Shown piece by piece: positions 41,846 to 52,208 of a stretch of DNA of 64,000 nt. Every line of letters begins with the position of its first letter. Positions within the stretch are counted from its first letter, which is position 1. Source of the DNA: Bdellovibrionales bacterium (lineage in GTDB: Bacteria; Bdellovibrionota; Bdellovibrionia; Bdellovibrionales; UBA1609); contig CBDHDF010000007.1 of assembly GCA_965261545.1 (NCBI GenBank), forward strand, positions 256,001 through 320,000, in the 5' to 3' direction. The translations under genes were made by a program, and so were the position numbers. The notes beneath the pieces were generated by a model. It ran no database searches. It was not told the origin of the DNA and saw nothing but the letters and a program-made list of their open reading frames with translations.

Positions 41846-43108
41846 GTGGACACGCCCCGTCATTCTCATGATGCTGTTGTTAGTGGCAGTGTTCCTGTGC
41901 CCGACAAATTGCCTCAAAAATTTGATCGAAGTACGCTTTCTGATAAAGCTCTTCGATCTGGAGCCATTGAATCACTTATTAGTCATAATGAAGATCTTAT
42001 GTCTAGACTCCAAGTGGCACTTCGACGAATCTCGTCTCTAGAAGAGAGGCTTCAACAATCAGCAACATTTGAAAACAAATTCAAATTTCACTACAAAAAT
42101 TTAAAAGATCAAGTCCTCGTTTTAAAACAGAGAGAAAAATACCTAAGAGAACGCAAGAGTATCGCAGAAACCAAATTCGATGGTCTCCAGCAAAGGATTC
42201 GGATACTCGAAATAGAATACGCAAAACTTTACACTTCCTCTCAAGATGAACACAAACAGTTAACAGGTAGCATAAAGAAACTTTCTAAACGCATAAGACA
42301 CTTAAATAAGTTTAAGTCAAAACTTTCTTTTGTGGCCCATAAGTTGAGAAAATCATTTAAAAAGAGTCAGGAAGAATTATTAAAATCCAAGGAGGAACTT
42401 AAAGCTCTGAAAGGAAAACTAGGCCAAGCTGTCAATTATATTCAAAACCAAGCTGAGAAATTTAAAAAAGAAAAGTACGAATTAACGGAAGAATTAACAA
42501 TTTTACGCAAAAAAAATCAAAATTTCAATGAAGTTTATAATGAAAATATCGTACTCCAAAACAAATTGGTTTTTATCCAAAGAAAGCATGATGAGTCTCG
42601 TAACAACTTCAACTCAGAAGTCTCCAAACTCCAGGAGGGCCTTGCTCACTACCGTGAACAAGCCAAGAGCCAAATCCTAAGCCTACGTCAACAAAACGAA
42701 GAAGTAGAAGAAAAGAAGGTCGAAGTCGATGCACTCAAAGAAGAAATATTCACTTTAAAGGACCAATTGGAAAGCATCCAATGTTTATGGAGAGACAATC
42801 AAAATCAACTTGAAAAGCAACGACAAAAGGGTGACTCACTGGAAGCTCTCAATCAACAAATGAGCCGCCAATTAAGTCAGTACAGGCAAGAATTCAAAGA
42901 GTTGCATCAAAGTTTTCAAAATGAAAGGCATGAGACTGCAAAGAAAATGAATGAAGTAAAGGATCAACTTCAAACAGCACGAATCACGGATAAAAAGACC
43001 ATCTCCAATAATTTGTCACAGAAAGAAAAAACACTCCCCCTGTTGATTTCTCCCACCATAGAAAAGCTAGAAGAACTCATAACTGACCTTGAAACAAGGT
43101 CGCTTTAG
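41846..43108 (+). CDS. Long coiled-coil protein
   Basis: E/K/Q/L heptad-rich 420-aa ORF with RBS aaggagg. Confidence 0.75.
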   Translation: MDTPRHSHDAVVSGSVPVPDKLPQKFDRSTLSDKALRSGAIESLISHNEDLMSRLQVALRRISSLEERLQQSATFENKFKFHYKNLKDQVLVLKQREKYLRERKSIAETKFDGLQQRIRILEIEYAKLYTSSQDEHKQLTGSIKKLSKRIRHLNKFKSKLSFVAHKLRKSFKKSQEELLKSKEELKALKGKLGQAVNYIQNQAEKFKKEKYELTEELTILRKKNQNFNEVYNENIVLQNKLVFIQRKHDESRNNFNSEVSKLQEGLAHYREQAKSQILSLRQQNEEVEEKKVEVDALKEEIFTLKDQLESIQCLWRDNQNQLEKQRQKGDSLEALNQQMSRQLSQYRQEFKELHQSFQNERHETAKKMNEVKDQLQTARITDKKTISNNLSQKEKTLPLLISPTIEKLEELITDLETRSL

Positions 43109-43337
43109 AAATTTTTCTGATGAACATCTTGAAGTCTGATTAGGGTGTGTCCTCACTTTGACCAAGCGCATTTATCCTAGCGCAACCAAAATTAAAGTCT
43201 AGATATGTCGTCATCCGTATTCTGCGGAGCATTGATTTAGAGGATTTTTTTAACACTCATGGCCTTCAAAGACAAGTTCCACTGTTTGAGTGAGCTTAGG
43301 AGACTTTAGAAGGTGAATGTCATTTTTGTTGAAATTT

Positions 43338-44291
43338 TTACTTTTTTTGGAGAGCCTTGATTTCGTCTTCAGAAAGCCCTGTTGCTTCGGCTATCTCCAA
43401 AGCCTCCTGTCCTTTTAAAATCATCTTTAAAGCAATGGCCTCTCTCTCTTCCCTTCGCCCTCTTTCAAGCCCTTTTTCAAGCCCTTTTTCAAGCCCTTTT
43501 TCAAGCCCTTTTTCAAGCCCCTCTTCATGGGCTGTGTCGATCTGTGACAAAATATCTCGACGCTGCTTATCTTCAGATTCAAGTCGCTCTCGCATAAGTT
43601 CGTCTTGAGACAAATTCCACAAATTTTTGACGGCTCTTCCCATGTCCCTTCCTTTTTTGGCTAGCTCTTGGCTGGTTTGTTGATCCAACTCATCCGATCT
43701 CTTTAAGAAATAGCACCACGCTTCACGCTGGTCAACAAGACTGTCTAATCTGCCGATGAACTTGTTCAATTCTACAATGACAAATTGCATACCATCGGTG
43801 ATCCTTAAATAAGGGTGTCTATCCTGCCTCATGCTGCATGTGTGGTAATAATCGTTGTCCTTGCGTAGCTCAGGAAGGTCCACAGTACTGAAAACAAGGG
43901 AGTAAACAGTTCTTAATTTCTCGTATTTTTCTCCTTCTTTCACTTGATTGGAGTAGACCCGTCCCGCATAGGCAAGAAGGCGATTTGTGAAGTCTCTTTG
44001 GGATACGGTTTGCATCTCCACATTCACAGTTTCATCTTCGACCCACTCTCCACTGGACAATTGTCGAGAGATGCGAAGTTTCATGTCCAAGATGAAGGTC
44101 TTTCCCGAAGGCTTGCTTGCCTCTGAAGAGTTTTCTTCGGCATCTAACAACTGAACATGCTCCACCCGGCAACCGGGTGGCAAAGGAAGAAAATCCTGCA
44201 ACAAAGGTTTGAGCAAGTCCTGGTCGTGCTTAAAAAATGCTTTAAAAGTGTTATCAAGGGTTAAGCAAAGGGGAGGAAGGGGTTTTTTCAT
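43338..44291 (-). CDS. Rpn-family PD-(D/E)XK nuclease / putative transposase
   Basis: D.TFKAFF, LD.K, NVEMQ, RLLAY, IVELNKF, W.YFLK, C-terminal GLEK repeats and IAEATGLS. Confidence 0.9.
   Translation of the reverse strand: MKKPLPPLCLTLDNTFKAFFKHDQDLLKPLLQDFLPLPPGCRVEHVQLLDAEENSSEASKPSGKTFILDMKLRISRQLSSGEWVEDETVNVEMQTVSQRDFTNRLLAYAGRVYSNQVKEGEKYEKLRTVYSLVFSTVDLPELRKDNDYYHTCSMRQDRHPYLRITDGMQFVIVELNKFIGRLDSLVDQREAWCYFLKRSDELDQQTSQELAKKGRDMGRAVKNLWNLSQDELMRERLESEDKQRRDILSQIDTAHEEGLEKGLEKGLEKGLEKGLERGRREEREAIALKMILKGQEALEIAEATGLSEDEIKALQKK
43463..43520. repeat. 12-bp tandem repeat (about 5 units) encoding GLEK
   Basis: (ttcaagcccttt)n. Confidence 0.9.
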
Positions 44292-44417
44292 AAGTAAAAA
44301 TTATGCATCTTGCTTTGGAGTAAAGTCAATGTATGTTTTCATTTACAGTTGTAGCCTACAACTCTCCCCCCGTACTTTCTTAAACGACTTTTCTGATCTC
44401 CGGGCACGATATAGGCC

Positions 44418-44921
44418 ATGATTTCATTGGTGGTGAACTACCAGGAGCGGTCGAGTGTAGGTAACACGTGTGTGGTGGCCCGAACAGCGACTGTGCCCTG
44501 TGCTTCATGCCTCACTTGCGGCCCCTCAGAGATAGATGCCGTAGCTGCCATGGCAACCACTTGCAGTCCTACCAGTCGATGCCAAAGTGGGACGGCGAAC
44601 TACCAAGTAAGAGCGAGTGGCGGCAGCACCTGTGTGGTAAAGACAGCCAAAGTGAGTTGCGCGTCTTGTTCAGCTGTCAAACGGACCCAAAGTTCAATGA
44701 TATGTCCTTCTACAAGAACGAATGAGTGTAGTATGGCTCAAAGAGGTCTTGTGAAGTGGGCTTGGTATGGGATAGGATGTGAGCAAGATCGGAGTACTTT
44801 TTTTCTTCCTATACAGGAGGAAGTGTTACGTGAACTGAAAGTTGGTTTCTCAAACAGCTTCAGGGGTTTACGCAGGATGGAAGTCAGTTGGAGTCCCGTG
44901 CCCATGAAAAATTACGCCTGA
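44418..44921 (+). CDS. Cys-rich repeat protein, probably a fragment
   Basis: Two repeats: NYQERSSVGNTCVVARTATVPCASC and NYQVRASGGSTCVVKTAKVSCASC. Confidence 0.45.
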   Translation: MISLVVNYQERSSVGNTCVVARTATVPCASCLTCGPSEIDAVAAMATTCSPTSRCQSGTANYQVRASGGSTCVVKTAKVSCASCSAVKRTQSSMICPSTRTNECSMAQRGLVKWAWYGIGCEQDRSTFFLPIQEEVLRELKVGFSNSFRGLRRMEVSWSPVPMKNYA

Positions 44922-44966
44922 GTCAATGCCGTTTCCTTAAGAAAAATCTCTTGAAATTATTAGATA

Positions 44967-47111
44967 GTTTCTGTCCAGAAAGGCCCATTTTTTGTTCTCT
45001 GACACTCCCCATTGAGCCTCCCAATGCCTCAATGGGGGAGTGAGAGTTGGAGATTTGCCACACAAACTCTACAGATTAAGGGGAAAAAGGTCTTTAAGCG
45101 ACTTGCGCCCTAGTTTTTTCGATTTGAAGACGCACCCCTACCTTTGGAAGATTTTAGCACCTTCGACCTGGTCCATTGCTGTTATTCCTAATGGATAAAT
45201 TTAGGTGACAGTTGATAATTCATGTCTTGCCAAGACAACAAAATTATAGGCACAAACGGCATTCTTTACATACCTCTTAAAACCATCATGCCCTTTCCAG
45301 TAAGCAACTCTCATACCAAAACATCTCTTAAGGAATGAAATAACAGCCTCTATTCCGGCTCTCCAATTGAGAAGATTTTTAAAGACCCAAGCACTTTTAA
45401 CCATCTTTAATATTTTCATTCCTTTTTTTTCTGGGAAGCAAACATCTTTAGCCCCCATCTCTTTGGCCTCTTCAAGATTTTCTTTTGAAGCAAACCCACC
45501 ATCTGCACTTACTTTTACAGGGCAAGCCCCATAGGTTTGTGTCACTGAATTCATAACTTTTAAAAACATATCAGAGTCTGCGGGGTTGCCATCAGGGATC
45601 TGACAATCTAAAATCATGTTGCTTTGCCCTGAGGTCAGAAAGATTTTATGCCCAAACTCGACTTCTCTTTGCCCCTTTACAATAATGTCTGTATGCGGTT
45701 CAAAGATGGATAGGACCTTTTTTTCAGAAGATACTTTTTTCCCCTCAATAACTCTTTTTTGAGTTTGAAAGATGATTTTTTCCAGGTAGAAGGCAACATT
45801 TTCTAACTGTTTTAGACTCTTTTTCAAAGCATTCATCTTCACACATTTTTGTTCTTTTTTTATCTTTCTGATGGTATCAGGTAATCCTTTGTTCAATTTG
45901 GTAGCGATTTTTAAAAGCTCCTTATAGCAAGGTAGTCTTTCCGCATCATTTTTGGAATTATTAATTTTGTAAAGCAAGGTTTTTGCTCTCTTAAGATCTT
46001 CTCTTGAAATAAGTCGCCAAAAATCTTTCATGACATTTTTACGAACTTTTTTAAATTCTCTTTCTGTAACTCTTATGCAGTCATATAAAAGCGATGCATC
46101 CGTTGGATGATGAATATTTGATTTCGTCACTGTACTGTCCAATCTCATTTTCTTACACGGCTCAATCTTTTGATCTCTTGCATCTGAAACTAAAGAGGCG
46201 CTAATAATTCCCCAAGTTTCTTCACTTATTTGAACAATCAAGTCCTGTAAGGTGGAGTGAGCGTAATTTTCTTCCAATTCAAGGCCCAGAAAAGCTCTGG
46301 TGGATACTGAATCGACAAGATTAAAGGCTAACGCACGATAGGAAAGACCTCTTATGGATTTAAGAATAGCCACCTTGAGAACTTGCTCCGATGTCATACC
46401 AATATCACCAGAATCTTTCTTTTCTTTAACAAGGTCTTCATGAACCATATGGGCAAACTCTGGATGGCGATCAATGATGTTATTAATTTGCTGCAATTCT
46501 GTACTGAGTTGGTGGTTAGGATATTGGGAAAAGAGTCCCAACTGTGTCTTCTTCAAATGGCGCATAGTCCCCCCTTTGGTGAAAGTTTCTCTTTAATTTT
46601 TATATTAACATACGTTTTTTTGAGGGAAAAAAGTGAGCAAGGATGTCTTTTAAGAAGAAAAAAATCAGAGAGGTTCTCGGAGAACATGGATAAGAATTCT
46701 ACCTCATAGAGAGGTTCCCACGCCTCCTAAAACCTACATAAAAAATAAATGAAGAATAAAATATCAAAAATTATTTCTCTGAAAAAACACGTCAAGTATT
46801 TTTTGAAGTTGATGCGCAACGTAATGTTATTTCCCTGAAGGAGGTTTGAAATCACCACGGTGGAAACACAGGTTGATCCAACTCTTCCTCTCATATCAAG
46901 TAACCAGTTGATAGCCACATAAGTCACTGAAAGGGAGGGGCTGTGAAAGGTTCGTCAAGAGAGGGGGGGGAACTTATTTTATTTTTCCGTTTTATGTAAG
47001 TAACTGAATTTACACGGATTATGTTTGATGGACTCCATTTTAAAGCATAAAATCTAAAGGGAAGGCATGTAAATACTTAAAACTACTTAACTTTCTTCCC
47101 TGGACAGGAAC
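44967..47111 (-). mobile_element. ISNCY (ISDol1-like) element
   Basis: IRs gtttctgtccag / ctggacaggaac; 6-bp TSD tagata. Confidence 0.85.
45201..46565 (-). CDS. ISNCY-type DDE transposase (454 aa)
   Basis: RLDSTV..SNIHHPTDASLL, SIFEPHTDIIVKG, EFGHK, ADGGFAS, RAGIEAVISFLKR. Confidence 0.85.
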   Translation of the reverse strand: MRHLKKTQLGLFSQYPNHQLSTELQQINNIIDRHPEFAHMVHEDLVKEKKDSGDIGMTSEQVLKVAILKSIRGLSYRALAFNLVDSVSTRAFLGLELEENYAHSTLQDLIVQISEETWGIISASLVSDARDQKIEPCKKMRLDSTVTKSNIHHPTDASLLYDCIRVTEREFKKVRKNVMKDFWRLISREDLKRAKTLLYKINNSKNDAERLPCYKELLKIATKLNKGLPDTIRKIKKEQKCVKMNALKKSLKQLENVAFYLEKIIFQTQKRVIEGKKVSSEKKVLSIFEPHTDIIVKGQREVEFGHKIFLTSGQSNMILDCQIPDGNPADSDMFLKVMNSVTQTYGACPVKVSADGGFASKENLEEAKEMGAKDVCFPEKKGMKILKMVKSAWVFKNLLNWRAGIEAVISFLKRCFGMRVAYWKGHDGFKRYVKNAVCAYNFVVLARHELSTVT

Positions 47112-47403
47112 TAGATAAATCGACAAGAATAAGACTTGTTTTATTTTACACCCAACCCTCAACCAAGGAGTAAGTCACATGCAATCCAATATTGATCTCG
47201 AAAGCCCCCAAATGACGAGTTCGCGTCACAGATGACCATTTTATTCTACCAAAACTTGATTCTTCCTTCAAGCCAGAGCACCTTGTCGATCCAGAAAAAC
47301 AAAAAAGGAATCGAAAATTTAATCCTCAAATTTTCTTTTTTACCATTATCTATCTTATTTCAGGAACAAATTACGAAGGCTACCAAATCGCTCTTAAGAC
47401 GGT

Positions 47404-48477
47404 ATGGACTCATTTTGGGACCTGCTTCTCATGCCAGTCAAAAGCAGTCTCAGCAAGATACGTCAAAGTATTTCTTACCTATTTTTCAAAGATATCTTTG
47501 AATCTCTGATTACAGACTACGAACCATTGAGAAAAACGTTTCATGGTTTTTATATCTATGCCATAGATGGCGACCAATTAGCACTTCCTCGCTCTAAAGA
47601 TCTTTTAAAGGAGGGTTATTGTGGGTACCCTTGCCCAAATGAGATGGAAACTCATTTCTTACGTATGTATCTATCTCATGCTTATGACGTTTTATCGGGT
47701 GTGACAAAGAATCTTTGCTTTTCTCCCGCTCTCAACGAAATCGCCAATGCTATTCAAATGATAGGTAGTTTTGAGAGTAATAGCATAACTCTCTACGATA
47801 GGCTTTATTTATCTACAGAGATTATTAAGGCCCATGCTCAAGCCAGTAACTTCTTTATTGCGCGTTGTAAGCGAGGCTCTACTTTTATCCCCATCGTAAA
47901 TTTATTTAATGGCCCAGGTTGGTATTCACAAATGGTTATTGAGGGGGTGGTCATTCATCTCTATAAGTATAAAAACCCAAAGACTGGGGAGTTCTCTGTT
48001 TTGGCCACTAATCTTCCGCATGGCTCCTTGGACAAGAAGGATATGGTTGCTCTTTACTCTCGTCGTTGGGAAATAGAAACGACATTTCGTGATTTTACAT
48101 CGACAATGAAAATGGAGCAGTGGCACTCAACAAGCCTTAATGGAATATTGCAAGAGCTGTATTCTTATTTTTGGCTCTTCAATTATACAAAGATTCAAAT
48201 GAGCATAAATGAGGATGAAGACAGTGTGAATCAGTTGGTAAAAAATGACTACAAAAAACCTAACTTTAAACTGATTCTTGATTTCATAATGGATAGCATC
48301 CCCCTTTTTGTTGCGGGGCTCTATCAGAAATTTAGGAAGCAGATAAAGTTGCTGATGAAGATTTCAATGGAGAAGAGGAGGCACTTCAAAAGAAGCTATG
48401 AAAGGTCTATCAAAAGGGCTGGGAGTTCTTTTAAAAGAAATAGCTTAACGCAGAGGCAGAGGGGTGTGGTGGCTTAA
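47404..48477 (+). CDS. IS4-family transposase (copy 2; extra 1-bp deletion near 47419)
   Basis: Near-identical to 24272-25318. Confidence 0.8.
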   Translation: MDSFWDLLLMPVKSSLSKIRQSISYLFFKDIFESLITDYEPLRKTFHGFYIYAIDGDQLALPRSKDLLKEGYCGYPCPNEMETHFLRMYLSHAYDVLSGVTKNLCFSPALNEIANAIQMIGSFESNSITLYDRLYLSTEIIKAHAQASNFFIARCKRGSTFIPIVNLFNGPGWYSQMVIEGVVIHLYKYKNPKTGEFSVLATNLPHGSLDKKDMVALYSRRWEIETTFRDFTSTMKMEQWHSTSLNGILQELYSYFWLFNYTKIQMSINEDEDSVNQLVKNDYKKPNFKLILDFIMDSIPLFVAGLYQKFRKQIKLLMKISMEKRRHFKRSYERSIKRAGSSFKRNSLTQRQRGVVA

Positions 48478-48919
48478 GGAAACGGCATTGACGCCTGAGT
48501 AGTAGGGTTATTTAGGTAAGTTAAGAGCAAAGGGCGGCGGCCCCCAAGGGGTTAGGCCCCTTCCCACGAGGCTTTCGATCGATCTTATTCATGATAACCT
48601 CTAAAGAAAAGCTATCAAAATTTATCTCCAAACACAAGGAGAAACAAAATTTTAGACTTTCGTTGGGGTCCCAAAGACCCCAAGAAATAGTAGAAACGCT
48701 GAACGGCCAAATCAAAAATCAAACTTATTATTTTTCTGAAAGAAAAACCATATTCGCTGGAGGTAAACAATTAACTTTCTACAAAAAATGGGAAGATCGA
48801 TTTGTAGAGTTTTGCCTGTCTACCTATTTACGCTATTTACGAGAAATGGCCAATGCAACAAGACTTAGGTGCTGGATGCGCTTGGCTAAAATGAGGACAC
48901 ACCCTAATATTAACGGCGA

Positions 48920-50824
48920 TTAACTACTTTTTTTTGTCAATAAAGAAGAGATAATAGTTGTGAAGCGTCCTCCTTGGTTACTTTTTTTTACCATAGCTGT
49001 GGCTCTGCGTATTTCCTTTTGGAGTCCTGGAATCGAAGGGTCAATCCCTAGGGCATGCTCAAAGCATTGCTTGGCCTGAACATACTCCTTACGCATCTTG
49101 TGGCAAAGTCCACGCACGACATGATAGTGGGCATGGCGTTTTGGATCATAGGGAATGGGCATTTTTAAGACTTCCGAATACACTTTATCAATAAATTTAT
49201 TATCAATCTGTTGACAACACTTAATTTCAGCCCAAAGAGCGTAAATCTTCCATCTGTCACGACTTTCTTGAGTGTTTGGCATTTTTTTAAATATATTGTA
49301 AGCCTTAGAGTAGTCTCCTGCCATAAGGGCCATATAACCTAAATCTAAAGTGCTTTGAGTGGAGGTTGTGGATTCTTCTTCGCCACCACCACTTAATTTT
49401 GAGGTGTAAGTCGCTCTCAGATCTGCATTACTAAGAATTTTATGAGACTCTTCTAAAAGATTCAATAAATTGCGGCTAAGATTGCATATCTCTACAGGTA
49501 ATTCATCGGACGTATATTTATAATCAAGCAATTGAGTCCGAATTAAATAAGCATCATTGACATCTCGAACGGTGGCAAATCGATCTATATTGAGCCTTTC
49601 ATAGTGATCTTGACTTTCAAAAATGTCTTTAAGTTCTTTGAGACGACTTATTTTTATATCATAGGGTTTTTCAATCAACTGAGAGCTAACAAAGTTCATT
49701 TTTCTCAATAGAATCATGAAGTAGACTTCATTAAACTGTAGTGGGTCTTCAACACCCTTAAGCAAATCCAAAAAAGGAGCACCTTCAGGCATCTTTTTTA
49801 GCTCTGTGGATATAAGACTATGTGAAAATTCTTTTTGAATAAGGCACAAACTCTCATGGCTTAAAGAATATCCTTCAAGAGATAAAAATTGGTTCTTTAG
49901 TGATTCACTATCGAGCCTTTTTCTTATCCACTCATCCATAAAGAGATTAAAATTACTAGGGCCAATATGCAAATCACTGGGGAGGTTACCTTCGACAACA
50001 AGGGTTGCTGTATATATTATATCTTGAATAAATTGACTGATTCGTATTTTCATCTGTTCAATGAGAATCACCTTAATCACCGAAGCACTGATGGAATTTA
50101 CCTCAACCAAACGCTCTCCAATACGCTTATCATCATTGGCATTTAAGCTTTGGCTCAATTCTTCCTCACTAATCAATCCCTTACTCACCAAAAGAGATCC
50201 AAATGGATTCTTGGTATCATTACTATCAACGTTAAAAATAAGACCCTTATGAAAATAAATCCTACCGTGTATATTATTTTTTCTTGATTGAAGTTGCAAA
50301 AATCCTGTGAACTTTTCTTCGTGGGCACTCGCTAAAAAAAGAGGAAGTTGCTCTCCTCGAATTTTATTGTTCTCTATGAGAAGTGAGTAAACTTCTTGGT
50401 TCCGATCAATAAAAGATTGCAAGGGGCTCTCATTTTGATTTTCTTGCAGCTCAAGACATTTATGGACAGATTGAATTAAAGTTTCAATACTAAAGGGCTT
50501 TGTTAAATAGTATTTAGATTGAGCCAATTGAAGGGCTCGGTCCATAAATTCTTGCTTTTTGAAAATACCACTCATCATAATGATATGTGGCTCGCTTCCA
50601 CAAAGAAGGCGTATGGCTTGCGCAAGTTCGACACCATTTTGCCCCGGCAACATACAATCAATAATATAACATTGAAAATAACCTGATTTTATATGATTCA
50701 TAGCCTGGTGGCTATGCAAAGCAAGGGTCACTTTGTAGCCATTTCTACTCAAAGCTTCCACCATCGCCGAACTAAGAGACGTGTCATCTTCACAAATAAG
50801 TATAGAGATATCTGATTTTTTCAT
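48920..50824 (-). CDS. Response regulator with DUF4388-like, DnaJ-like and TPR regions
   Basis: ILICEDD, IIDCMLPG.NG, KPF receiver; GRIYF..G, FGSLLV, IGERLV; DHYERL..R..Y; C-terminal TPR. Confidence 0.8.
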   Translation of the reverse strand: MKKSDISILICEDDTSLSSAMVEALSRNGYKVTLALHSHQAMNHIKSGYFQCYIIDCMLPGQNGVELAQAIRLLCGSEPHIIMMSGIFKKQEFMDRALQLAQSKYYLTKPFSIETLIQSVHKCLELQENQNESPLQSFIDRNQEVYSLLIENNKIRGEQLPLFLASAHEEKFTGFLQLQSRKNNIHGRIYFHKGLIFNVDSNDTKNPFGSLLVSKGLISEEELSQSLNANDDKRIGERLVEVNSISASVIKVILIEQMKIRISQFIQDIIYTATLVVEGNLPSDLHIGPSNFNLFMDEWIRKRLDSESLKNQFLSLEGYSLSHESLCLIQKEFSHSLISTELKKMPEGAPFLDLLKGVEDPLQFNEVYFMILLRKMNFVSSQLIEKPYDIKISRLKELKDIFESQDHYERLNIDRFATVRDVNDAYLIRTQLLDYKYTSDELPVEICNLSRNLLNLLEESHKILSNADLRATYTSKLSGGGEEESTTSTQSTLDLGYMALMAGDYSKAYNIFKKMPNTQESRDRWKIYALWAEIKCCQQIDNKFIDKVYSEVLKMPIPYDPKRHAHYHVVRGLCHKMRKEYVQAKQCFEHALGIDPSIPGLQKEIRRATAMVKKSNQGGRFTTIISSLLTKKSS

Positions 50825-51073
50825 CGCCTTTTAGAACATCGGCCTATGAAGCGATTTACTTAAGCTGCGGGTGTGAACTGCCTCAGAGAGAGACCGCTTA
50901 TAAGTTGAACACTTTGAAGAAGACTTATTGAAATTCTAAAAGTCACCGAATCTAGATATGAGAGAATCATTTGAGAGTCCATGAAGTTGGCGCCGAGCTC
51001 TCCCTGGCAATGAGAACAGAGAGAACAAAAGAAATAGAGAGAGTAGAGACGCCAGCAAGACCACTGAGTTCAA

Positions 51074-51793
51074 GTGAAGGAAAGTTCCATGGCTAAGATA
51101 TTATTGGTTGATGACGATGCAGATATGTTAGAAATTGCGGCCAAGACTTTATCCAATGCCAACCACCAGGCCCATACGGCTTTGGATGCCCTTTCTGCTC
51201 TAGATATCCTCAATGGAGAGACCTTTGATGCTCTCATTACAGATGCAAATATGCCCCACCACTCCGGCTATGAACTCGTTCAAACCCTGCGCAATGATTC
51301 ACATTTTGATAAAATGGCGGTGGCACTACTTACGGGGAGACGCAACAGGCAAGATATTGAAAAAGCCTTAAAATTAGGAGTTGACGATTATATTATCAAG
51401 CCCTTTGATCCTCTTTTATTTCTTACAAAAGTTGAGCTTCTGCTCCAACAAAAAAGAGGGCAAGACCCCTCTCAAGGTTCACCAGAAGTTCACCTTAAAG
51501 ATACATCTATTTGCACTGAGGCAAAGGTAGAGCTTGAGGCGCGCTTAGAGACCCTCTCTGAAGTGAATATCACTCTGACAACAGACTATAAAATGGAATC
51601 TGGACAAATATTGAATCTCAAGACAAGCCTTTTTGATGAGCTAGGCATTGCCCCGCCCGCCTTTAAGGTTTTATCTTCAATAAAGAAGGAGCAACACTGG
51701 TTGACCACTCTTCTTTTTGTCGGTACCAATGATTTTATTCTTCAAAAAATCCGTGCCCATATTTATAAGAGTTCGGGTTCTAGAGTTGCTTAG
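51074..51793 (+). CDS. Response regulator (receiver plus C-terminal domain)
   Basis: ILLVDDD, TDANMP, GVDDYIIKPF. Confidence 0.88.
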   Translation: MKESSMAKILLVDDDADMLEIAAKTLSNANHQAHTALDALSALDILNGETFDALITDANMPHHSGYELVQTLRNDSHFDKMAVALLTGRRNRQDIEKALKLGVDDYIIKPFDPLLFLTKVELLLQQKRGQDPSQGSPEVHLKDTSICTEAKVELEARLETLSEVNITLTTDYKMESGQILNLKTSLFDELGIAPPAFKVLSSIKKEQHWLTTLLFVGTNDFILQKIRAHIYKSSGSRVA

Positions 51794-51802
51794 GAGAAAT
51801 TT

Positions 51803-52207
51803 GTGAGAATACTGCTTGCCGAAGACGACGATAATATCTCAACCATTGCCAGACTAGCTCTGGAGCAATTCGGTCAGCATAAAGTGGACCTCGCCAAAGA
51901 CGGTCAAACGGCCCTTGAAATGGCCATTGAACATGGTTACGATCTCATTCTTCTCGACCGCATGATGCCTAAAATGAATGGACTGGATATGTGTCTTAAA
52001 TATAAAAGTCACCCCCAAAGCCATACCCCCATCATCTTTCTAAGCGCAAGATGTCATGACAAGGATGTAAAAACCTTCTGCGAACTGGGGCAGGGATTTA
52101 TTCCAAAACCCTTTGACCCCACTCATCTTTGTCAACAAATTGATGAGATTATGAAAATCCAAGAACAAAATCAAGAACAGATGATGACGTCTTTGGAGAA
52201 AACTTGA
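51803..52207 (+). CDS. Single-domain response regulator
   Basis: LLAEDD, LLDRMMPKMNG, IIFLSA, KPF. Confidence 0.9.
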   Translation: MRILLAEDDDNISTIARLALEQFGQHKVDLAKDGQTALEMAIEHGYDLILLDRMMPKMNGLDMCLKYKSHPQSHTPIIFLSARCHDKDVKTFCELGQGFIPKPFDPTHLCQQIDEIMKIQEQNQEQMMTSLEKT

Positions 52208-52208
52208 C

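Larger units (their letters stand above)
44924..48490 (+). mobile_element. IS4-family element type 2, copy 2, with ISNCY inserted in its left end
   Basis: Same TIRs as 23915; TSD acgcctgagt (44914-44923 and 48491-48500). Confidence 0.92.
43143..48904. mobile_element. Non-autonomous TIR-bounded cassette carrying an Rpn gene
   Basis: ~29-bp imperfect IR gggtgtgtcctcactttgaccaagcgcat / atgcgcttggctaaaatgaggacacaccc, flanked by TA on both sides. Confidence 0.7.
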
